The notes beneath the pieces were generated by a model. It saw nothing but the letters and a program-made list of their open reading frames with translations. It was not told where the DNA came from and did no database searches. The translations under genes and the position numbers were made by a program. Below are positions 1-12,142 of a stretch of DNA of 64,000 bases, in pieces (the first letter of the stretch is position 1; the number at the start of each line of letters is the position of its first letter). This stretch comes from Marsupella aquatica (lineage: Eukaryota > Plantae > Marchantiophyta), in assembly GCA_973895155.1 (NCBI GenBank), contig OZ316891.1, forward strand, positions 12,708,771 to 12,772,770. Direction: 5' to 3'.

Positions 1-2
1 AG

Positions 3-563
3 ATGGTTCTCGTAGGTAAAGTGAACAAGTCTCTGGTCTCTCTCATCAATCGTGCAGGGGGAACGGCTGTGGGGATGTCCGGGAAGGATGGGAAGCTTCT
101 CACAGCGAGGCCAGTGGGAGGAGACTTAGGGTTCGTAGGAGAAATCACGAAAGTGGATACTGGAGTCTTACGAGGACTTCTGAGAGACGGCCATATACCT
201 GTTGTGGCAACTGTTGGAGCAGATAAAGACGGGCAAGCGTACAACATCAATGCTGATACTGCAGCTGGGGAAATAGCTGCATCCCTAGGGGCTGAAAAGC
301 TGATCCTCATGACTGACGTACCTGGAGTCATGATAGACCCAAAGGACAAGGATACTTTGGTTAAGGAAGTGGACATTAAAGGGGTCAGGCAATTGGTGGC
401 TGATGGGGTTATCTCGGGTGGTATGATCCCAAAAGTAGGATGCTGCGTGCGGTCTCTGGCCCAGGGAGTGAGAGCAGGGCATATCATTGATGGAAGGGAA
501 CCTCATTCGTTGCTTTTGGAAATTTTGACGGACGAAGGGGCTGGTACCATGATAACAGGGTGA
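3..563 (+). CDS. NAGK: N-acetylglutamate kinase (ArgB family), C-terminal part; 5' end lies outside the window
   Basis: Motifs [76 protein letters not shown]; TGA at 561-563; no intron in the visible part. Confidence 0.96.
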   Translation: MVLVGKVNKSLVSLINRAGGTAVGMSGKDGKLLTARPVGGDLGFVGEITKVDTGVLRGLLRDGHIPVVATVGADKDGQAYNINADTAAGEIAASLGAEKLILMTDVPGVMIDPKDKDTLVKEVDIKGVRQLVADGVISGGMIPKVGCCVRSLAQGVRAGHIIDGREPHSLLLEILTDEGAGTMITG

Positions 564-2694
564 TCGAGCCGGTGGGAGACCGCGTGCTTGTGCATTTGAA
601 AGTTTATTTCAAGGCATATTTCTTCCAATCTCTCGGATCAAACTTTGAATCTAGTTACTCGAGGTTGCATATGGAGATGCAAAATGGCAATCCCCAGCTG
701 CATAGATTATGATACGGAGGCTGTTTTATGAGAGTAGTTCGTTTCTTGCAATTTTGCTTTCTTCTACAAAGAGGAAACATCGTCTTAGAATTGTTGATCG
801 CCCGGGGGTTTTGTAATCTAGTAGTTTTCATGGCCTTAGTTGCCTCACACCAGTCTACAATGATGGAGGCGGCCATTTAGAACATCCTCCATGCATTCTT
901 ATCGATTCTTAAACCATATAAATTCGCTCTGTTGCGTTGCTTAATCCTTATCACACCGGAGACATCGCACTGTCATGTATTGGAAATTGTACCAAGTAAA
1001 TGTCCCTCTACTGTAGTTGTCCAGTATTCTGAATAGGACTTTCAGTTGTTCAATAGCCCACAGAGTCGATTTCTATCCCACACCGCTGCAGTAATGGCTT
1101 CTGTCGAGAAGTAGCAATGAGGAGTTTGAGACAAGTCGTGCTCAGTTGCAAGAAAACCTGCACCAAGCCGGGCCATGCCGGTCTTCTCTCCAAAATCTGC
1201 CCTTCCCTGTTGTGCAGCTGTCCAATTAAATCTAAGCTGCATACTAACTACAGTTGCAAACCCTTGTTCTTAATTAGTGAATCTTTGTTTTTGGTTCTGC
1301 AGAAGTCATCCTTGCAAGGATTCATGCCTTCAATTTACAATGCGCTTACATGCCGTCCAGGATCTCCTTTCTGTGACAAAGGGATGAAGGAGGATCTATG
1401 GGTGTGTAAGTAGGAGAAAATATTACCGTGTCAATAGAGGGAACCCACGCATATTGGATTGATTACACCAAAAATGAATATAAAGGACTAAGTATTGTTA
1501 CTCCTACGTCAAATGTGCAGAAGTGAAAGGTTCCATTATATATTGCATATTTGGGCACCATAGATCCTCCATGCTTGTCAATCAAGAGAATGTCAGGTGA
1601 CCAACAAGATCATCCTCAAAAACCAAAGGATTGCCACGTAACGCTGACAGAAAGGAGAAACACTGATGCCACCTCTTGTCAATTGCAGAACTTGTCACTC
1701 ACCTTGAATACAACTCAGCCACAATGAAGGCACTTTTTATGACACTATTTGGCATAATTTGGGCAGAATCCTAAACCCTTGGTACGATCCGGCGAGCTTT
1801 ACTTTCCTCCCTCCTAAACCTTCAAAACTCGTTACAGAAAATTTGAAAATAAACTCTTGTTTTACTTTATTGCACCATACTTGTTTTTCTATTAGTTCTT
1901 CTTCATGATTGTAGCTCCAACGACATCACTGTAGCCAATGTAGCTACCATTTAAAAAGTTTAAGAAATTTGAACAAGATCGTACAAGACGGCCTTTGATG
2001 GCTCAGATGTATTATTTCCTTTCCCTGAGACACGTGTATATTTTCAGCACTCTATTATGTTTGGGCATAGTGACTTCTACTCCAGTGTCCTCGTGATGAG
2101 CGTTTGACAGATTTCTTCGATCTAACAAAGACAATCTTCATGGGCGATACCTCTTGCCCCCATGCGTATCCAGACTACTGCTAGCTACTATGGCTGATCA
2201 GGAATACATTCCACTCAGTCCGATTGAATCCCATTGATCCAGAACAGTGCCCGTTCGATTACAAGTCTCTGCTGTCAAGAGAGAGTATCTCCCGTCTACA
2301 TTCTAGGCAGGATCAACGCCACCATATTATTTGGACAGGATCAATACTGGCGCTAGGTGAATCTAAAACGCTTGCCTAGACTACCTTGGACTGGAAACGT
2401 TGACACCACTGGGTACAAAGAGCAAAGAAGAATATCAACTAAATCCATACAAACAAAACACAGGGAAACAGTGCGATCCCAGATAGGAGAAAAATGAGGA
2501 ACCCATTGCCAACATTCGTATACCTCTTAGCTTTCTCACTTATCCAAGACACAAACCGACCTCTCCATATACGAAAGACTCTGCAAAAAACGTGCCCAAT
2601 AAACAGACGCTTTCCGAAATGGAGTTTTTTCTGACTCGGTGCTCGATATTGGCAGGGGTAGCATCTAAATTTCAGGAAAATGAATGCCAGCATT

Positions 2695-5600
2695 TCAGGA
2701 AGGGAGTGCTCTCAACAGGTACAGAGCTAGTTTCCACTCTGGAACGCCCCTCTTTATCAGTTCCACTAGGCAAGGTACAGCTCCAGCTGCCATGATTGCG
2801 GGATGATTGTCTTCATTCATGCTAAGATTATAAAGGATGGCTATTGCAGCATCTCTTGCATCAGAGCTCCCCGCTTTGAGCAGGTTCACCAAGGGAAATA
2901 TGCCCCCTGAGTTAGCAATAGCAGCTGCATAAGTACTCCTGCCTTGGGACATCAAATGCCGTAAATGCATCACGGCTCTCTCTCGCACGGTTGGGGAGAA
3001 ATCTTCTCCTATTTCTGTGACTAACCAAGGGATTGTGTCATGAATTGTGACTTCTAAGTCTAACGGAACTTCTATCTGGTAGCCGCGACTTTCACTCACC
3101 TGCTCCAATTTCAGCAGACACGCTGAGACCCAGTCTTTGACTCTTAACGGTGCCTGAGACTGTAATACGTTTGTCAATAGAGGGACAAAGATGGAAGCAT
3201 TCACCTTCTCGTATCTTGCCAGCTTTTCAAGTAATCTAGAGGTTGCACCAATCAACATGTAACCGTCTTCCTTCGATATTGTTTTGCCATCACGCATCTC
3301 CACCAAACCTGGGATCCAACCAAGGGCGAAATTAAACTACAGTCAGCATATGCCATAAAGATGGAGGACGTCGTATTGTATCAGAATTCTTCTCCTCTTC
3401 TGAACTCTTGCTTAATTTCCCGGGGAGTAATTTCAGAACTCCCCAGAGAGATATATAGAAGCGAACGAACCTTATTAAAAGCTACATAGAAGCATCTTGT
3501 TGAGAGCATGCCGCTGGCCATGCAAGAGGGACTTTCATTTCTCTTAAAGTATAAGAGAAATACCATTTTCTACTTAGACAAATTCAAATCTGTTCCCAGG
3601 AAACATTTTATGTATAAATTGGAGCAGCAGTCCCTCTGTAGGTTAGAAGGGGTCTTGTTGTCAGGCTGATTACGAACGTAGAAGCAAAGATTGAGAGGAC
3701 TTGTGTGAGTAGTACCTTCTTGGAAATCTACATCCAGTAAGAATCTTAGAGCCGATTCAACATTGGCTCCCACGATAGCCTTAGCATTTGAGACTTCAGT
3801 AGCTATATTTTCAAGCACACAGATGGCCTTCTCTGCCTGCCCAGGTGATCCATTCATTATAATGTCTATCAACGGATGAACCCCCCCGGCAGCTATAATT
3901 TTGTCCCTGTATCACATTCATATGCATTGACTTTAATTTCTCAGAAAAGAGAGGAAAATCCTTATTCAACAATCGAACACTGAATTCAATTCGATAAAAG
4001 CCAATTGAACGCACTCAAGTAGAAGTATGGAAGAACCTTGGATCAGCTTTAAGATTTGACATCTCCTCCAATACTTCTTCAGCTTCTTCTTTTGCTTCTA
4101 CACTGGCATTGTCTGAGCGGACAATATCTATAAGACCTGGTATTGCACCTGCTCGAGTCTGTCAAATATTTGGAACAATGACAATTACGTCCACATGGAA
4201 TGCAATCATGATGTAATCTGAGTGCCCCTCACAGTTTCTACAAAATTACATTACTAATTTAGAACATCATTCCATGTGTTGTAAGGGAGTACACTTAGCA
4301 CAATCACCTTAGCTCTAGAGTTGGCATACAAGATCAAATGCACACGGCTAAAGAAAAGACTCACCATTTCTTCAACTTCCTCTTCTGTTTGAGATAAGCG
4401 GAATAGAGCTCCAACCACCTGTCCAGTAACAAAGTTACAACTTTAACATTCTAAGCCATCAAAGTCACCAAAACGTTGTTCTCCAGAAAAGTAAGTCGCC
4501 ACTTCAACGTAAGCGACATGATTCCTCATGCATTTCTGCTGGAATCATTAGAACGTACTTTTTCTTTGACATAATCTGGAGCGTCTTCAGCCTTCAAAAT
4601 TGCAACCATCGCTGACGGTGCGTCGTGTGCATTTATAGATTGTCGAATCCGGGGGCTACACATTCCAGTTCAATTGTTTTAACAGAGAACAGCTTGGACA
4701 GAAATATCAGTTACTAATAGCAGACTGACATTGAGAAGCCACAAGATTATGAGGGAAGCTTTGGAAAAATGTGCAAGAATGCAAACAGTTCCTCACGAAG
4801 ACTATACTGTTCTCAAGCGTTGCACAATTTCTAAAACGATGAAGATTGTTCAGTTAACCTGTTAATCACCTGACTGCGAGTTTGTCCAGTGCAAATGCTG
4901 CCGCTGCTGTGGCATCTTCATCACCTGACCCTAGCAGGCGTACCAGCTGTGGGATAGCCCCACCTCTAAGTACTGCTTGCCTATTTTCTTCATTGATGGC
5001 AACCTCTGCAACTGCGAGAGCAGCTTGCCTAGCAACAGTGAGATCATCTAATCCAAGGATAAGGATTAATCGTGGAATCCCATCCCACCAAGGTAGCAAT
5101 GTAATCCTTTCATCACCTATCCGGTCCCTTTTGGCTGGAGTCTTTCCAAGCAATCCTATCCTTGCGAGGAATTGTTGTCTGACCTTGCCTTCAATGTTGA
5201 GCCGTGTTGCATCATCAGTTTCGGCATTTTCCAAATTTAGCCCCAACAGCAGCTCACCCGCACCAAATTTTGACTCGACCTTAGAGGTTGGCCGTTTCAC
5301 TTTCACACTCTGAGGTAACGTAGGAGCAACTTGAAGCAAGGGCTTGAAGGAACGGTATGCGCTGGCCCCTATTGATGGTACAGGCACGAGTCCCTCTTCT
5401 ATGATCAATAATTTAACATGTTGGTCTGTTGCCAACTCTAAGAGGGCATTTCTGGCCTCCTGCCTTGTGACTTTTGACTCTTCTTTGTCATTTACGAGTA
5501 TTCCAGCCTGCGACAGAGGTGATCAACGATTTACGACAATGAATCCCAGGTCAGAAGAGAGCAAATGATAATCTAGGATATTTGAAATTTGACAGGATCC

Positions 5601-7869
5601 CATCCCACGGGCCACCTAGAGTGCAAAACCTCCAGCCAAGAGAAAGAAAAATGTAAATTGAAAGCAGGGTTGTAAGAGGCATTGAAAACAGTACCAACTT
5701 GGGGATAATTCCTGCATCAACGAGGGTCTCATGACTGCTTGGGCTTAGTGTCAAGTTTGCAATGACACCCGCGGAAGCTTCTCGCTCACCAACTATGTCT
5801 GATCCAAGCATGACCATCAGGACTTGTAAAATCTCCGGTTGTACTAGTTTCTTCCTTGGTCCCTCTTCAACTGATAGGTTCCAGAGCACACATGTGGCTT
5901 GTTCCTTGACCTGGGAAAAATGGAAAAACAATTCATGTTGGCAACAAGAAAAGCACAGCAGGACCACATGTAGAGGGACACTAAAGGCAGCAAGGCATAC
6001 AGATGTTTCAAGAGCTCACAAGAGCAAAAGTGATGCACTCGATGAGATATGATTAGAGAGCATAGTTCCAGTAAGTGCAAGGGAATGCAGAAGACATCTA
6101 AGCAAGATAATGCTACCGTAGAGTCCATTATCATGCTTAGAAAAGTACGGTATAAGCTTTACATGGCTTCCAATATTCTAGATCACACTCATTACTTCTC
6201 GGCCATTATGCGGAGTGAAATCAATATTACAAAACACTACACCAAGATTGTAAACCAACATCTACGCTCATAGTTGGGTTCTTTACGTTCTCGCCTTTCC
6301 TTCCCGGCGCGTTCCATACAATTTAAGCAAAACAATCTCCATGCTATTAATTCATTGTGGTACTGTCACAATATCTATCCTGCAGCATGAGATCTTGGAC
6401 GATAGGAACACCTCAGAGCATATCGACCGGCGGGTCAGGAGTCCTGCAATTTCCTCGAGTGCTCCAGCTTCAGCTACAGCTGACCGGTAGGCGTTCACCG
6501 AAGATATGTTTCTTAACAGTCCAGCCGCCGCCTCAGCCGATGCAGGCCTGTCAGATGGGAGGAGGCTCACAATAAGATTCAGACAACCAGGGAATTCCAC
6601 GATTTGATCTATGAACTCCTTGCCTCCAGCAGAATGCCTCCAAAGGGCATGCACAGCTTCTTCTCTGTCCTCTACCGGATTGTCCAGACCAAGTAGGCGT
6701 ACAAACAAACCGACGTATCCTTCTTGAACGCCACCCTCAGCCTCTGGAATTCGTTTCTCCTCCACATCTCCAAGGTGATTGTCGTCAATAACCTCTTGCT
6801 TCTGTACACTCTGCAGGGGGAAGGAGAAAGCATGAAAAATTATTAAGAAGATCGGACCAAGCCGAACAGTCCTTTTTCATGACAATGCGTCAACGAGTCG
6901 ATAACGATGCTTTGTGGCAACAGCTGCTCTAGCGGAGAGTTCAATGCGCCTCCTATTTCGTGGTGAATTTGAAGCATTTCACCAAAATATTCAGAAACAT
7001 ACTCTGTCAATCTGTAAGGGACTAGGCAAGGGCTACGAGAGAAGACTGGAGGCAAGAGGGTTTAAGGTGGGGGAAATTTGGGGCTTTCAAAAAAGCTTTT
7101 TCACTCTCCTTCCTCTCCTTGAACCTCAGTGATTTCAGACATCGCCAGCTCATGTTAATTCAGAGTGAAAAGTTGAATCTTTGGAATATGTGCCGTGTAC
7201 CACATTTTCCTGTCCAGACCAAGTTGGATGGAAGTGCCAAAGGACATGATGCACGTAGTATCCTTCTTATGGCCAGACCAGGCTTAATAGAGTAGAAGGT
7301 AGAACAGATGAATTCTGCTGTGCTAAATTCCCCTGCCTCGGACATTCAGATTGGGCAGTCATGCTCTATCGCATTAACAATTCCCAAGTTCAATTCCGTC
7401 AACACCGTAGGAGCTACAAGCGAAACGAACGAAAGGACCGAGGAGGCACTGAAGAGGCAGCTGACAGTACCAGATAATCCAAAACCTCGTCCAGAGCTGG
7501 TGGTAGCGCTGCATCATTGAGGTCTCCATAATCGCCCTCGTCAAAAGAGTTTACAAGATAGGTTTTCCGTTTAGGCAGTGCCCATGGCGTGCAAGACATC
7601 CATCCATACTGTTGTTGGCAGTTTCTCGTCGTCTTGGACATCTGGACAAAGAATGCATTCTGCAATTTGATCCTTCCCTGTGCCACAGAGTTGGCTCTTC
7701 CATCTCGAGCACAATTTACAACAGCTACCTTTCTATTCTCAGCTACTCTGTTGGAGACAGAAAGCCCATCGTTGGTGCACACAGCTCTTCTGCTGCTGCT
7801 GCTGCTGGTCTCGCGACGACCACTGCTATACCGCAACGAGCAGACAGTCACCGACCAAGCGAGCTCCAT
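2695..7869 (-). CDS. Armadillo (ARM)-repeat protein with a probable plastid transit peptide; resembles Arabidopsis At1g23180 from memory
   Basis: Exons read by eye with GT-AG and consistent phase: 7869-~7486 (or 7471), 6810-6412, 5910-5695, 5507-4870, 4655-4559, ~4417-4364, 4158-4037, 3907-3716, 3308-2695. ARM motifs YVGLFVRLLGLDN..DREEAVHALW, GALEEIAGLL, GIIPKL, GGAIPQLVRLL, GGIFPLVNLL, AAIAILYNLSMNEDNH. S/R-rich N-terminus. Confidence 0.88.
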
Positions 7870-8585
7870 GATCAAATTTCGAAAACCTACTTTACAAAAA
7901 TGTGCGGAGACAGAAAGCTCACTTCATGCTTTCAAACTCTTCTAGTGGGCTTGATCGAATGCCGTGTAGCAACTCAGTGCGTGATGAATTCTACTCACGC
8001 TCCTTCTTCAAAGTCGATCTCCACAATTGGAAGAGGAGAGGAGCTGCTCCTATCGCTCTTACACTACCTTTCATTAGAGACGATCAGGTTCCCGGAATAA
8101 ATATATAAATAATTGTTGCAAATTTGTGCCCGGGACCAACGTTTAGGTAGTATTTGTGAATTCTGGGAAAACACTTGCAATACATGTTCTAGTAAAATGT
8201 AAACCGTCTTTATGTAAAACAGTGGTTTATCAGATTTTTTTCAATATTAGACAATGACATCTAGAGAAATTATTTATGACATGTGAAATAATCAGAAAAC
8301 TAAAAATATTGTACATGATTGTTACTCTATGGCACTCAATGACATTGTTCAAGGCAAAAAGAGGGGAATGGTTTTAGGTTGTTGTTCTTTTGTGTCTTGA
8401 AAATCAAAAGCAGGCCCATCTAACAGAGGATAGATGTCATGCAGCATACATTTTCTATGTAGGGTAGCCACAATGAGACAATACCCAGGGATCCAACAGG
8501 ACCCAGACCAAGAGGGAGAGAGTATTAAACCAAAAACCCCAAAATGTGCAACCAGGGGCTAAGGAGATAATCAATACTCCCACCA

Positions 8586-8616
8586 CTACACCCCACCCCA
8601 CACACACACACATACA
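8586..8616. repeat. (CA)n-type microsatellite
   Basis: ccccacacacacacacatacac run. Confidence 0.6.
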
Positions 8617-8750
8617 CTCCACACCCCTTGCATGTGGAGGGAGGATTGAACCTGGGACCTCTAGGTTCTAGGCTGTTATTTAGTTGTGCATGCAAATTGT
8701 AGAATACTGTCAATCTGTGTAACAAAACCGTCGACTTTGGACTAGATAGC

Positions 8751-9515
8751 AATGTGTAACATGAGAGCACTCAATCTCACACTACAACAACAAGACACCA
8801 CTATGGAGGAACTCCTGAAGAATCCATAGCTTATGAGAAAGTACATGTGAAAAATGAGGGAAAACATTTCCCCCAAAGGGAGTCGAGATGTGTGTGTCTA
8901 AACTAAGTGTATCTTATCCTAATGTAATCCAAAGTTAACTAACCCTAGTAGGCCAAACTAACTATAAGTCAGACCTTGAGTCAATTCTTAAAAAAGTGAT
9001 GTTGAGTGGAAATGTTGTCAAACATAAATGAGAATACCAAAGAGTCGGGCAATGCAAAGAGTCAGCAAGCCGGTCTAACAACTGGCTTTCAAGGAGTGTA
9101 TGAGTTGCAAGGAGAGTAATGGCCAATAAGGTCGTCAGTCAGTCTGTTGGTTCACACACATGGAAAAGTAGAGGGAAGCAGGGAAAAGTGTAAGAAAATG
9201 GATAACTCAAACTGACATCAAGAATGTGAAACATGAGAGTGCACTCAATCTCACACACAACCAACAACACATCATGATGGACCAACTCGGACCAACTCGT
9301 GAATGATGCATAGCATAAGAGAACATTTGCAAAAAATGAGAAAGAATGCTCTTTCTCCACCTATTTTCCCCTAAGGAAGACTTGATGTATAGACCAACAT
9401 AAGTTGATTTTATAGCAAACCACTCAAGGGTTGACTAATTTTGGTAAGGTCAAACTAACTATAGTCAGGAACTAGAGTCAATTCCTAGCAAAAAGTACAT
9501 TGCTGAGTGGCACAT
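8751..9515. repeat. Pair of diverged ~270-bp direct repeats (old LTR-like relics)
   Basis: aatgtg(t/a)aacatgagag..cactcaatctcaca...aaaaatgag...caaactaactata..gtcag...gagtcaattc...tgagtgg occurs at ~8751-9015 and again at ~9222-9515. Confidence 0.5.
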
Positions 9516-10548
9516 ATGAAGACACCAAATGTTGGAGAGGACCACATGCCCAAGGAACTCTTGTTCACTATTTCTACTTCATGAATCATTTTGATGAGAC
9601 TAATTCACAATTGGGAAGAGTGAAGTATGATCTAGAACTAAATTTTGGAAAATAATACAACGGAATGGGGTTGTATAAATTTTAATACAGTGAAACCCCA
9701 TGGATAGGGGGAACAACAGCCCACAAAAGGGGAATGGAACAACAAGGAAGCACAAACGGCCCCAAAGAGCCACCATTTTGGAAAATAATTAATTCTAGAT
9801 TTCTAAAAATGGTCAAGGGAATTATAAGTCCAAAATGCAAATGAAATACCATATATAAACATCCCTTGGGGGTTTCACTTCGACAAAAATGGTACATCAC
9901 GGGCGACAAAAGATAGGGCCATTTTATTGGTTCTAAAAGAAGACTTAAGAATTTTATTGGTTCTAAAAGACCCTATTGGTTCTTTTGAATCCAGCTTTAG
10001 ACTTGTAAGTCCATTAGGGTCTTTTAATGAGAAAACTTTATAGGGGTCATATAATAAAAAAATTCTTACATTTTAGGGGGTCAGAGGCCTAAAAACGTAG
10101 CAAAGAGGCATGGCTATGTGGGTTTCACTTGAGTTGAGACTCATAGGTCTAGAGTCAAATGTTGTGGCTGACTATTTCCTTTCTGTGGGGTTTCACAAAT
10201 CTAGATTTTCCTTTAAAATTTTTAAAAAACAACAAAAACAACAAAAAATCGTTGCAGGTGATGGGGAGCCCCTCACATAGTGAGACCCCCAAGAAACATC
10301 CCAAATGTGGTTCCATTAATCTTGACAAATGTACCTTGGGATACAGGACAAAGTTTTGGGATCCCACCATTTATTGACTTCACTTTGTTCTGTTAGAGTA
10401 CACTCTTATGTTTTTTGGGATTTCATCTTGGCATTTTGGACAATGTTGGGGAGGGTGGGTAGGTTCCAAGGGGAGATAAAGCACATGAGACCCAATGGTT
10501 GCAAAGTGCACAAAAATGACAAAAGAATCTCTACACTTATCAACCTCC

Positions 10549-10658
10549 TGTTAGACTCTACCTCTGGCCGGACGACCGGACCAGCCGGTGACCCGACCAG
10601 ACTATATGTACCCTCATTCATGACTATTCACATGCTCATTGACATTCATTCTATACTA
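10549..10658 (+). repeat. 5' LTR of Bianca element
   Basis: TGTTAGACTC...CTATACTA, near-identical to 16928-17040. Confidence 0.95.
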
Positions 10659-10672
10659 CGTTATCAGCACGA
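10659..10672 (+). promoter_or_regulatory. Primer-binding site complementary to the anticodon arm of tRNA-Ile(IAU) (half-tRNA priming)
   Basis: CGTTATCAGCACGA directly follows the 5' LTR; its reverse complement TCGTGCTGATAACG matches the recalled plant tRNA-Ile anticodon arm TCGTGCTAATAACG except at the wobble position. Confidence 0.75.
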
Positions 10673-12142
10673 AAGCTCAGAGAGCGGAGTAGAGGATCGA
10701 GAAGAAAGAAAAGCTCGCGAAGATGCAGCATGGGTCCGATTGACCCAATCACCAAGGATCGATGATGCCAAAGGAGAAAGAGAAGGAAACATGGGCGCAT
10801 GGTAAGGCCGAACATTTCTGCTAAGGTTACGAGAAGTGAACGATTCCGAACGTCGCTGATACAGACGCGAGCCCTTTCAAAAATTGAAGAAAGAGGGAGC
10901 GCAGGAAATTAACAATAGCCATGGCGAAATGAGAAATCGAGACGAGGGCCGCTAGCAGTAGGAAACTAATTGACAAGCAAACAGAAGCAGTCAAAGGAAG
11001 AGATGGACCCGGCGCTAGCAGATGTAGCCTGCAGATAGGGTGGAGGAGAAAAGGCTACGCGCGCCTTGAGAGAACCATCCGAGCATTTAGACAGCGAGAT
11101 GTCATGGGCTACAAGGACAAAATTAGACATGACGCAAAACTGAATAAGGAAGAGAGAATTGAAGCAGCAGAAGCATTGGGAGGCACTAACAGAGAGCACA
11201 GCACAGGCAATACAACAAATTCATAAGCATAGATCGAAAACGATAAGCCTGTGAAAAGAGGCGAAGAGGCAATCAGAATAGAGAAAGAGACGATTTAGAT
11301 CAAGTACAGCCAGCGATCGAGACAGAAAACGATCTAGAGAACAACAAAAAATTGAAGAGAAAAATCACCACAGCAGAGAGTATAGAGCTTCGATGTTCTG
11401 TTGACCTCGCCCTTGAAGAAAGAGAAGTATCTGCTACGGGGAAGCAGATCGCACACCAGAATCAGGAGAGAAAGAATCGAAGAGGCGCAAACTGATTGAA
11501 CGAGAGAGAAAATCAGAAGAAGTTCGAAGCACGATAAGAACGAGCATGGAAGGCCCAATCTCCATAAGGACAAGAGCAAAGTGAACAGAGGAGAGAAAAG
11601 CAGGCCTGGCAAAGAAAAAAAGAACGAACCTGATCAAAGGAGACCCGGGTGCAGGACGGCATGTCGACAAATCTCGCAACAAAAATGTCAAAACGTCGAG
11701 AAAACTCCAAAAACCGCCGCTAAGTGAAAAACCTCTTTAACTGCAAAATCCATCAAAGAGATCTCAATTACAAAGGAAAAGTTGCACTTAACCAAATAAG
11801 CGCACATAACCGCAAGACCTCCATAACTGCATTTCGTAACAAAGAAAATTAACCTTACAAAGCCGCATGTGCACTTAACCAGGGCACGAGTAAATTACCA
11901 CCCATAACTGCACAAACTGCAAAACTTCATTACTGCATAGTTTAACAAAGGAAAGAGCTAATACAAAGGAAACTTTGTAGTTAACCAAATACCAAGGAAA
12001 ACCTAAATCCTAAGTGCAAACCCTAAAATCAAATTTCGGATTTGCATGCTCTCTCCACACAGCCCCACCTTGCATGCCGCAGAAATGTGCTTTGTCGTTT
12101 CCTACTATACTTACTAGTATATAAGCCTCAACTACCATTAAA

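Noticed and set aside
4882-5568. Long antisense ORFs over the ARM gene (similar ones over THIM, copia and CALS)
   Set aside because: Shadow ORFs of real coding exons with no independent motifs.
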